From Acidobacteriaceae bacterium (lineage in GTDB: Bacteria; Acidobacteriota; Terriglobia; Terriglobales; Acidobacteriaceae): a DNA stretch of 63,784 bases. Position numbers and translations under genes: made by a program. The number at the start of each line of letters is the position of its first letter. Position 1 is the stretch's first letter. The stretch is from contig JASHRH010000167.1 in NCBI GenBank assembly GCA_030037475.1, forward strand, positions 1 through 63,784, read 5' to 3'. Under the pieces are notes generated by a model. The model was given only the letters and a program-made list of their open reading frames with translations, was not told the DNA's origin and made no database searches. Below, in pieces: positions 25,771 to 33,747 of this stretch.

Positions 25771-26592
25771 CCCACAGGAGGTTTTGGTCCTCGACGAAGA
25801 TTGAGAATCCTCGGCTCGGAACGACGGGATTACGCAGCGGAACTGGCGGCTGCCGTTATCCACTCTCAATCGCCGGCGTTACGCGGGAATCAAGCCGGGA
25901 ATTGACCCCATAGATCGCTGCCCGACGAAGCTAGCTCCCGGCCGCCCAACACGCATGCGTGCAAGCACGCACATGCATTTGTGTGCAAGTGTCTGCCTAG
26001 AAAGTGGGATAACGAAAGTCACTATAGACAAGCGAACAGCTACAAATCAAGAAAAAAATCAGAGAATTGCCTTTGCGTGATCAGACCTTGGACATCTCCC
26101 CCAAGTCGTTCATAAAAAATAATTTATTCATGGGCTGGAGTGTTTGGGCGGGCACAATCTTATTCTTGGAGCGTAGATTTCTCCGCGAAAAAGCCGCTTG
26201 CAATGAAGAAACTGGGGCGCAAGTGAGCGAAATCTCCTATTGAGGCTGGTCCAGAAATCCGGGGCACTTCAAATGTCGCAGGGCAGTTCAATTCATGGAA
26301 AATTATGTCGCAGGGAGCGTTCTGAGATGGGTAATTCGACGCAGGATAAACAGATCGAAGCCTTGACAGCAAAACTCCAGGCTGGAAGAGGCACAGATCC
26401 CAACGCGGCCCATCTCGTTGACCGGTTCGGCCCGATCCTCTATTGCTTCTGCATATCGAGCATCATGTACCAGCGGTACCGTTCAGGAGTAATTTTCGAA
26501 AAAGGCCGTCTCATGGACTCCAAGCGAGCTCCTTTTCGAATTAGCTGATCGGCATACCTGATATCATTCACACAGAGCCTGCATCGCCTAGC

Positions 26593-26615
26593 TGTGAGGT
26601 TTCAACAGGTTGTCC
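26593..26615 (+). repeat. IS481-family left terminal inverted repeat
   Basis: TGTGAGGTTTCAACAGGTTGTCC. It pairs with 27597-27619. Confidence 0.8.
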
Positions 26616-26672
26616 ATCGGATCAAGAACTGGGAAGCTGGGTTTGCGAAGACTCGGTTTCACAGGAGAGCCG

Positions 26673-27624
26673 ATGGACTACCACCAGAATGCCCGACTGA
26701 CGATCCACAGTCGAGAGCAGTTAGCCAGCAAAGTTGTGGAGCGGGGATGGACACTGAAGCAGGCTGCGGCCTGCTTCAGTGTGAGCGCGAAGACGGCCGC
26801 CAAATGGGTATGTCGCTATCGTGAGCTGGGGCCGGCGGGGCTGAGGGATCGCAGTTCGCGTCCCCGACGTTGGCCGCGGCAGACTTGTTCTTCCTTAGTG
26901 GAAAGGGTTTTGGCTCTTCGCCGTGAGCGGTGGACGGGCCTCCGTATCGCGCAGCAGACCGGCCTGAGCCGCGCCATCGTCAGCCGCATCCTGCGGCGCG
27001 CGAAGCTGAGCCGGATGCGCGATCTGGAACCCCCATCCCCGGTTCGCCGCTACGAGCATGCGGCTCCCGGTGACCTGCTGCACCTCGATATCAAGCGGCT
27101 GGTGCGCATCGCCCGACCCAGCCATCGCGTCACCGGCGACCGCCGGGATACGGTACGCGGCATCGGAGTCGAGTACGTTCATGTGGCCATCAACGATTAC
27201 TCGCGCATCGCCTTCTCGGCCATCCGCCCGGATGAGAAGCGGGCTTCGGTGCTGCACTTCCTGGCCGATGCGCTGGCTTACTATGCGCGCTTCGGCATCC
27301 GCTTTCGCGCCGTGCTCACCGATAACGGCCCGGCCTACCGCTCGCGCGCCTTTGCTCAGGCCTGCCGCGCTCTGGACCTGAAGCACCCGCTTCACCCGGC
27401 CCTACACCCCGCGCACCAACGGCAAGGCCGAGCGATTTATCCAGACTGCTCTGCGCGAATGGGCCTGCGCACGCACGTACCAGAACTCCAACCAACGCAG
27501 CCGGGAGCTTCGCCCCTGGCTGCACCAGTACAACTGGCATCGGCCTCATGGTAGTCTCGGTGCGTCGCCGCCCATCACCCGATCACTCCTCGATCGGAAC
27601 AACCTGTTGAGACTCCACAGCTAG
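26673..27624 (+). pseudogene. IS481-family DDE transposase, interrupted by a 1-nt frameshift near 27387
   Basis: The first frame gives MDYHQNARLTIHSREQLA...RSSRPRRWPRQT...HLDIKRL...VHVAINDYSRIAF...LTDNGPAYRSRAFAQACRALDLKH. The frame then slips at CAC-C-CGC. The +1 frame continues RFTRPYTPRTNGKAERFIQTALREWACARTYQNSNQRSRELRPWLHQYNWHRPHGSLGASPPITRSLLDRNNLLRLHS and stops at TAG 27622-27624. The catalytic E of the DDE triad (NGKAERF) lies downstream of the shift. Confidence 0.8.
27597..27619 (-). repeat. IS481-family right terminal inverted repeat
   Basis: The reverse complement reads TGTGGAGTCTCAACAGGTTGTTC. Confidence 0.8.
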
Positions 27625-27658
27625 CAGCCACATTGGACATAAACTTCGGATTGGTTCC

Positions 27659-28020
27659 TCAGCCCACGCTCAAGCCTTGCGCGATCTGTATGCTTTCCGC
27701 TTGCGGCTCGATTTTCTGTGCTGCTACTGGCTCCTGCTGGATCGCGGTCGGGTGCGACACGTCGCGGCTCAGGTCGTACCCCAACGCCTTCGCGTCGTTC
27801 GTGTACATCTGCACGTCGAAACTGAGCGCGCGACGCCGATACATAGGCCATGCGGCTGTTGACCAGCTCTCCGGGAGCCTGTTCTGTGTCCACGTGGATC
27901 AGCACGCGGTCTGCTGTTTGGCTCTGGCTCGTCACATCTCGCCACGCCACAATTTCTGCCCCCGGAACTCCCTCAGTATCGCACAGGATTTCCGCCTCCT
28001 GGTCAGGCTGGCCCGAGCGG
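27659..28020 (-). pseudogene. Remnant of the C-terminus of a conjugative relaxase/helicase (MobF/TrwC-TraA type), N-terminally truncated and frameshifted
   Basis: Two minus-strand frames join to read ...SQSQTADRVLIHVDTEQAPGELVNSRMAYVSASRAQ / FDVQMYTNDAKALGYDLSRDVSHPTAIQ... This matches the pattern HSxQGxTADRVLIxVD...YVAxSRA...xxiYTND...L at the end of relaxase helicase domains. The frames switch near 27835. The upstream end runs into the stop of the aminotransferase gene. Confidence 0.4.
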
Positions 28021-29388
28021 TTAAGCCGCCGCTGCGGCATCGGCCACAGCGAGCGAGGCGTCGAGGGCGTCTATGGCCAGGTCCAGCTCCTGCTCAGTCA
28101 CGATGAGCGGCGGGGCCACAATCAGGTGACTCACCCAGGCCTGGATCGCGACGCCGCGCTTCAGCATCTCCGCTGCGACCTTATCCACCACCAAAGGCGT
28201 GCCATCCACTTTCTGCGCCATGGTGTTGAACGGTTCCTTCGCCGCGCGGTTCTTCACCAGATCGAGAGCCCAGAAGAGTCCTAATCCGCGGACCTCACCC
28301 ACGGACGGGTGCTTTGTCTGGAGCGCCCGCAGCTTTGGCTCCAGATACCCGCCCATTTTCTTCGCCCGTTCCACCAGGCCTAACCGCTGCATCTCGCGGA
28401 TCGTCGCAACGGCCGGCTTCAGCGTCAGCGGATGCGCCTCATAGGTGTGGCCGTGTGCGAAATAATGGTCGTCGAAATACGCCGCGATCTCGCCAGTCGT
28501 GGCGCATAGCCCCAGCGGAACATAGGCCGAGGTGATACCCTTGGCCGTCACCAGAATGTCCGGTTTCACGCCCCAGTGGTTCATCGCGAACCATTCACCG
28601 GTGCGTCCCCAGCCGGTCATGACCTCGTCAGCGATTAGTAAGACACCGTGACGGGTACAAATCTCGCGCAGCATGGGCATGTACTCTGGCGGAGGCACGA
28701 GCACGCCGTTGGTGCCCACGACCGGTTCCACCAGCACGGCCGCCACGTCGCTCTCGTTGCGGATCATGTGCTCGATATATTGCGCGCAGGCGATGCCGCA
28801 GCCGGGGTAAGTGTGGCCTATCGGGCATTTGTAGCAGTTCACCTCCGGCGCGAAGATCACACCGTGGCCCTTGCCACCCGGCTCCATCGCCCAGCGCCGC
28901 GGATCGCCGGTGGCCGCGATCGACGCCATGGTCGAGCCATGATAGGAGCGGTAGCGCGCGATGATCTTGGTCTTGCCGGTATACATACGGGCAATCTTGA
29001 AGGCCGCCTCGTTGGCTTCTGTGCCAGAAGTCGTGAAGAAGTACTTTGTCAGCCCTTCCGGCAGGACCTCGGTCAGCAACTGGCTCAACTCCGCCCGCGC
29101 CGTGGTGGCATACGCCGGGCCGGCATAGGCCAAATCCTGCGCCTGCTCCGCGATGGCCGCGATGACCGCTGGGTTCTTGTGGCCGAGATTGACGCACATC
29201 AACTGCGAAGAGAGATCGAGATAGCGATTCCCGCTGCCGTCCGTGAACCAGCAACCCTCCGCATCGGCCAGATGCATCGGGTTCCAGCCCTTCTGGAAAC
29301 GCCAGGTTCCGTAGTTCAGCTTTTTGGTGAGTTCCACGACCTGTTGCGAGGTGAGTTCGCCTGGCGGCGTAGAAACGGTTTGACTCAT
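28021..29388 (-). CDS. Class-III (omega) aminotransferase, aspartate aminotransferase superfamily
   Basis: ...FFTTSGTEANEAAFKIAR..., ...LLIADEVMTGWGRTG... and ...PDILVTAKGITS... (PLP lysine). 455 aa. Confidence 0.9.
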   Translation of the reverse strand: MSQTVSTPPGELTSQQVVELTKKLNYGTWRFQKGWNPMHLADAEGCWFTDGSGNRYLDLSSQLMCVNLGHKNPAVIAAIAEQAQDLAYAGPAYATTARAELSQLLTEVLPEGLTKYFFTTSGTEANEAAFKIARMYTGKTKIIARYRSYHGSTMASIAATGDPRRWAMEPGGKGHGVIFAPEVNCYKCPIGHTYPGCGIACAQYIEHMIRNESDVAAVLVEPVVGTNGVLVPPPEYMPMLREICTRHGVLLIADEVMTGWGRTGEWFAMNHWGVKPDILVTAKGITSAYVPLGLCATTGEIAAYFDDHYFAHGHTYEAHPLTLKPAVATIREMQRLGLVERAKKMGGYLEPKLRALQTKHPSVGEVRGLGLFWALDLVKNRAAKEPFNTMAQKVDGTPLVVDKVAAEMLKRGVAIQAWVSHLIVAPPLIVTEQELDLAIDALDASLAVADAAAAA

Positions 29389-29496
29389 GGCATCCTCTGT
29401 ACCTGCCCATTAAAGCAGAAAGCGGCCACTCTGCGCGGCCGCTCCTGTGTTGCTTCGAATCGCAGGATTACCCGGATCCGATGATACCTTTTCTTC

Positions 29497-32400
29497 TTAC
29501 GCCGTCGCCAACTGCGCCTCGTCTGCTCGGTCTCTGCCCCGCATGCCGCCCATGCGCACACTCACTACTTTGGAAACTCCGGGCTCTTGCATGGTCACGC
29601 CGTAAATCATGTCCGCGGCCATCATCATGCGTTTGGAATGAGTGACGAGGACGAACTGCGTCTCCTCGGCCATCGTGCGCAGCATGTCCGCCAGACGGCC
29701 AACGTTCGTTTCATCGAGCGGCGCATCCACTTCGTCCAGCACGCAGAATGGGCTGGGCTGGAAGAGGAAGATGCCGATGAGCAAGGACAGCGCTGTGAGC
29801 GCTTTTTCGCCGCCGGAAAGCAGCAGCACGTTCTGAAGCTTCTTGCCCGGCGGCTGCGCCACAATGTCGATGCCGCTGTCCGCGACATTCTCTTCGTCGG
29901 TGAGACGCATGAAGGCCTGACCGCCGCTGAAAAGCTTCGCAAAGGTCATGCTGAAATTCTCGTTGATGCGGGCGAAGGCTTCGTCGAATTTCGTCCGCGA
30001 AATCTCGTCGATCTCGCGGATGGTCGCCTGCGTGTTCTCGATGGAGTCCAGCAAGTCTCTGCGCTGCGTCTCCAGGAACTCGTGGCGCTGCGCCGTTTCG
30101 TTGTATTCCTCCAGCGCCATCATGTTCACCGGGCCCATGCCTTCGAGCCTCTGTTTCATTTCGCGACAGGCCTGGTCTTCGGCGATCAATGCTTCGCCCT
30201 CCACGCGAAGCAGCACATTGTCCTGGCGCAGCGCCGCGGCTTCCACGCCCAGGTCGGCGACGCAGGTTTCTTCGGCATGGCGCAGATCGGCGGCCAGAGT
30301 CGCTGCCTGGCTGCTGCTGGCGCCGCGGCTCTCGCGCAGCGCGTCGATCTCCGCGCGCAGCGACCTGAGATCCTGATCCATCGCAGTCATCTCTGCGCGC
30401 AGCGTGGCGATCTGCTGGTGAGCTGCAGATGCTTCGCGCTGCGCCGCCTCTCGCGCATCCGTGAGTTGCTGCCGCGTGCCCGCCAATTGCTCATTCTCCC
30501 GCGCGCGCTGCTCCTGCTCAGCCTGCGCCGTGGCGAGCTGCTGGTTGATCTGCGTCACCCGGAACTCCAGCTCGCGGTACATGCGGTCGATGCGCTGAAA
30601 GGCTGCTTCCGCGCCGCGACAGCGTTCTTCCAGCCCGGCCAGCTCCGCGGAAAGCTGGGCTGCCTCCTGCTGCGCCAGCTCACGCGCCGCGCGCAGCTCG
30701 GTCATGCACCGCTGCAACTCTTCAATACCGGCTTCCGCCGCTTGGTGATCTGCCTCCAGACGCTGGGCCTGCTCGCGGCGCTGCTCCAGGAAGACTTCCC
30801 TGCCATGGCGCGCATCGCGATTGCGGTCGCTTTCGAGCATCCACTCCTGCAGCCGCCGCTCCAGCCGCTGAACTTCCGTCTCCATCTGGCGCAGGGCTGC
30901 ACTCTGATTGGCGCTGTCGCGCTCAGCCTGGCGGCGCTCCTCGGACTTCGCATCCAGAGCCTTCGTGAGATCTGCCAGCGTCTTCGTGAGCATCAGACAG
31001 CGCGTCTCCGCTTCACCCAGCTCGCGCTCCACCAGAGCCAGCTTCTGCTGTGTCTCGCGCAGTTCGCGCTTCAGAGCCAGCGGGCCTTCCGCGCCGGGCT
31101 TGCCCCCGGTCACCGTGACATTGTGGAAGCACTCGCCGGACGGCGCCAGAAAAAAGGCGCTCGGATTCTCCAGGGCCAGTGTGCGGGCTGTTTCCGCATC
31201 CGGCGCCACGTAGCCCTCGCGCAGCTTGGGCAGAATCACCTCCAGCGAGCGCCCGAATCCGTCCAGCACACGAATACAGTTACGCAGCGGCACAATCGGC
31301 CGGAGCGCGTGACGTGGCGGCGGCGCATCCTCGCCTGCAAAGGAGAACTTCGCCTGCGCGTCCTCGGGATGTACCAGGAACGTCGCGCGCCCGTCGACGC
31401 CGGTCCTGAGCAGCCGCACGCCTTCGTGCGCTGAGTCCCAGCTCTTCACGACGATGTAATTCAGCTCGTCGCGCAGGAACTCGTCGACGACGCTCTCATA
31501 CTCGCCCGTGACCTCCAGAAAATCGGCCAGCGTACCCACCGGGGCCAGACCTCCGCCCAGCGAGTGCTGCTGGAAGAGTTTGCGCACCGTATCTGTCGAG
31601 TAGCTGTGCTCGCGGATGAGAGCTTCGAGTGAATTTTTATGCCCGGTCAACGTGGCGTGCTCCGCGCGCAACTGGTCCGCATGCCGGCGCGCTTGTTCCT
31701 CCTCGGCGCGATCGGTGTCGATCTCGCTGCGCAGAGCGGCGATCTCGCCCTCCACGCGCCGCAGCACCTCCGTGACGCTTTCAAAGCTCAGCGAGACCTG
31801 CCCGCGCTCGGCGCCGAGCGCTTCCAGGTCGTGCCGCGCGGCGTCCATTTCCACGGCCAGCCGCTCGGCCTCGCGCTTCAGCGCGGCCAGCGCCTCTTCG
31901 CCCTGCGTCAACTGGTTGCACGTTTGCCCCAGCTCGGCCAGTAACTGCGCCGAACGCCGGCGGCCGGCTTCCCACTCCTGTTCTGCTGCCGCCACAGCAT
32001 TTACAGCCACGCGCGTCGCCTCCTGCTTCGCTCGCGCGCGTTCTCGGAACTCGGCCGCTTCCTGCGTCGCCGACTCCAGAAAATTCTTCTGGGTCTCGCG
32101 CTCCGCGCTCATGCTGCGCAGATGCTCGGCGGCTTGTTCCAGCTCGGCACGGGCTGCGGTTTTCCGAGCCTCCAGATCCGCGATGCGTTCCTCGTTCGTC
32201 TGGCGCCGGGCATCGGCGCGCTCCATCTCCACGGCCCGCTGATTCGCGCGCGACTCCGCATCCTTGGCGGCATCTTCGAGAAGATAGCCGCGCGCGGTGA
32301 GAGCCTCGTGCTCGGCCTCAAGCGCTGTCACGCGCTCCGTCCCGGCATCAATGCGTGCGGCCAGCTCGGCAATCTCGGATTCCAGCACGGCGTGCTGCGC

Positions 32401-33378
32401 GTCCATCTGGGCGATTTTGCTGGCCAGCACCACCTTCAGCATGGCGTGCATCTCGTCACGCAGCTTCGCGTAGCGCTCCGCCCTGGCTGCCTGGCGCTTC
32501 AGCGACGCCATCTGCCGCGTGACTTCCTCGAAGATGTCATTCACGCGCGCCAGATTCTGCTTCGCCTGCTCCAGGCGCAGCTCCGCCAGCCGTTTCTTCG
32601 TTTTGAAGCGCGTGATTCCCGCAGCCTCTTCGACCATCGCCCGGCGGTCGTGCGGACGCGAGCTGAGCAGTTGTCCAATGCGCTCCTGGCCGATGATCGC
32701 GTAGGTTTCCGGACCCAGGCCGGTTCCCATGAAGATGTCCTGGATGTCGCGGAGCCGGCAGAGTTTGCCGTTCAGCAGATATTCGCTGTCGCCAGTGCGG
32801 AAGAGCCGCCGGGTAACCACAATCTCGCCCTTTTGGGGCATGCGGATGAATTTTCTGCGCCGAATTTTCAGCACCACGTCCGAAGAAGCGGCGGCCTCAG
32901 CACCATTCGCGGCCGGTCCGCCCAGCGCAGCCATTTCCGCGTTCGCTTCTGATCCAGGGCCATCGAGTACCGCTCCGGGTTGTGCTTCGGCGATAATCTC
33001 TTCCGCCTCGGCTGCCCGCTCAGCACGGAGCTTCGCCTCGTCCCACTCCGGCTCCGCCTCGTCGATCACGACTTCCGGCTCGCTCAGCAGCGCTCCTCCC
33101 TCCCAGGCGTCCGGATCGACCAGGGTCAGCGAGACCTCCGCCATGCCAAGCGGCTTGCGCTCGCGGGTACCGGCAAAGATGACGTCCTCCATCTTGCCGC
33201 CGCGCAGCATCTTCGCACTCTGCTCACCCAGCACCCAGCTCACGGCGTCCAGAATGTTCGATTTGCCGCAGCCATTGGGACCCACCACAATGGCAATTCC
33301 CTGCCCCTGCACAGAGACTTCGGTGCGGTCGGCAAACGACTTGAACCCAAGGATCTGAACCTTCTTCAGCTTCAGCAT
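29497..33378 (-). CDS. smc: Chromosome segregation protein SMC
   Basis: MLKLKKVQILGFKSFADRTEV...VVGPNGCGKSNILDAV (Walker A). Long coiled coils follow, with a hinge (...GTLADFLEV...). The C-terminus has LLSGGEKALTALSLL (signature) and FCVLDEVDAPLD (Walker B). Confidence 0.95.
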   Translation of the reverse strand: MLKLKKVQILGFKSFADRTEVSVQGQGIAIVVGPNGCGKSNILDAVSWVLGEQSAKMLRGGKMEDVIFAGTRERKPLGMAEVSLTLVDPDAWEGGALLSEPEVVIDEAEPEWDEAKLRAERAAEAEEIIAEAQPGAVLDGPGSEANAEMAALGGPAANGAEAAASSDVVLKIRRRKFIRMPQKGEIVVTRRLFRTGDSEYLLNGKLCRLRDIQDIFMGTGLGPETYAIIGQERIGQLLSSRPHDRRAMVEEAAGITRFKTKKRLAELRLEQAKQNLARVNDIFEEVTRQMASLKRQAARAERYAKLRDEMHAMLKVVLASKIAQMDAQHAVLESEIAELAARIDAGTERVTALEAEHEALTARGYLLEDAAKDAESRANQRAVEMERADARRQTNEERIADLEARKTAARAELEQAAEHLRSMSAERETQKNFLESATQEAAEFRERARAKQEATRVAVNAVAAAEQEWEAGRRRSAQLLAELGQTCNQLTQGEEALAALKREAERLAVEMDAARHDLEALGAERGQVSLSFESVTEVLRRVEGEIAALRSEIDTDRAEEEQARRHADQLRAEHATLTGHKNSLEALIREHSYSTDTVRKLFQQHSLGGGLAPVGTLADFLEVTGEYESVVDEFLRDELNYIVVKSWDSAHEGVRLLRTGVDGRATFLVHPEDAQAKFSFAGEDAPPPRHALRPIVPLRNCIRVLDGFGRSLEVILPKLREGYVAPDAETARTLALENPSAFFLAPSGECFHNVTVTGGKPGAEGPLALKRELRETQQKLALVERELGEAETRCLMLTKTLADLTKALDAKSEERRQAERDSANQSAALRQMETEVQRLERRLQEWMLESDRNRDARHGREVFLEQRREQAQRLEADHQAAEAGIEELQRCMTELRAARELAQQEAAQLSAELAGLEERCRGAEAAFQRIDRMYRELEFRVTQINQQLATAQAEQEQRARENEQLAGTRQQLTDAREAAQREASAAHQQIATLRAEMTAMDQDLRSLRAEIDALRESRGASSSQAATLAADLRHAEETCVADLGVEAAALRQDNVLLRVEGEALIAEDQACREMKQRLEGMGPVNMMALEEYNETAQRHEFLETQRRDLLDSIENTQATIREIDEISRTKFDEAFARINENFSMTFAKLFSGGQAFMRLTDEENVADSGIDIVAQPPGKKLQNVLLLSGGEKALTALSLLIGIFLFQPSPFCVLDEVDAPLDETNVGRLADMLRTMAEETQFVLVTHSKRMMMAADMIYGVTMQEPGVSKVVSVRMGGMRGRDRADEAQLATA

Positions 33379-33747
33379 GAGACAGCACTCCTCAAGGCGG
33401 TTCGGCAGACGTTCGAGGGCCGGGCCATCAAGAGAAACTGTAGCCTTCGGCTTCCGGCCGGGTCAACCGAAACACCCCAACATGTTGTGGATAAGGGGTC
33501 CAAAACCCCAGTATTGGGCGGGAAAAGCGGCTCGCACTCGATTCCGCGCATTTGCTGAAGGTTCGCGGAGATCGCCAGATTCCCCTTACACTAGCCCCGT
33601 ACCCGCCCAGCGGCAAGTGAAAATTTGTCCCATCCCGTATCCGCGCTGGTTCGCGTTCTCGACCGCTCAGGATGATTCCCACGTGACAGTCCCTCCATAT
33701 CCGGCTCGCCAGGGCGGTTCCTCGGCATCCAGTCACGGACCCCGGAA

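Larger units (their letters stand above)
26593..27619 (+). mobile_element. IS481-family insertion sequence (about 1.03 kb) with frameshifted transposase
   Basis: Ends are TGTGAGGTTTCAACAGGTTGTCC (left) and, as reverse complement, TGTGGAGTCTCAACAGGTTGTTC (right), matching at 19 of 23 positions. The left end closely resembles the Bordetella IS481 terminus TGTGAAGATTCAATAGGTTG as I recall it. The element is flanked by CTAGC on both sides. Confidence 0.85.

Noticed and set aside
26160-26372. 70-aa minus-strand ORF, and the N-terminal part (26240-26326) of the 102-aa plus-strand ORF, in the leader region
   Set aside because: There are no motifs and no ribosome-binding context, and the ORFs overlap each other. 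Only the 26327-26548 segment shows weak sigma-like similarity, and that is reported separately with low confidence.
25648-26592. JUMPstart/ops (GGCGGTAG) antitermination element upstream of the polysaccharide operon
   Set aside because: I looked for GGCGGTAG on the transcribed strand (CTACCGCC on the plus strand) by eye and did not see it. This does not exclude other antitermination signals.
1-27624. Idea that the polysaccharide block is a composite transposon bounded by two IS elements
   Set aside because: The flanking elements belong to different families (IS3/IS407-like versus IS481) and one is frameshifted. They cannot act as a matched pair. The island interpretation rests instead on composition and the relaxase remnant.
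28628-29484. Two long alternative-frame ORFs (260 aa minus strand, 278 aa plus strand) over the aminotransferase gene
   Set aside because: Frame 28021-29388 (-) carries the class-III aminotransferase motifs, including the PLP lysine. The alternatives are Arg/Gly-rich artefacts.
29587-31434. 615-aa plus-strand ORF, and several other ORFs of 100 aa or more in both strands, inside smc
   Set aside because: It lies antisense to a gene with unmistakable SMC motifs. The translation is Arg/Leu/Ala/His-rich low complexity, typical of open antisense frames in GC-rich DNA. No motifs are recognisable.
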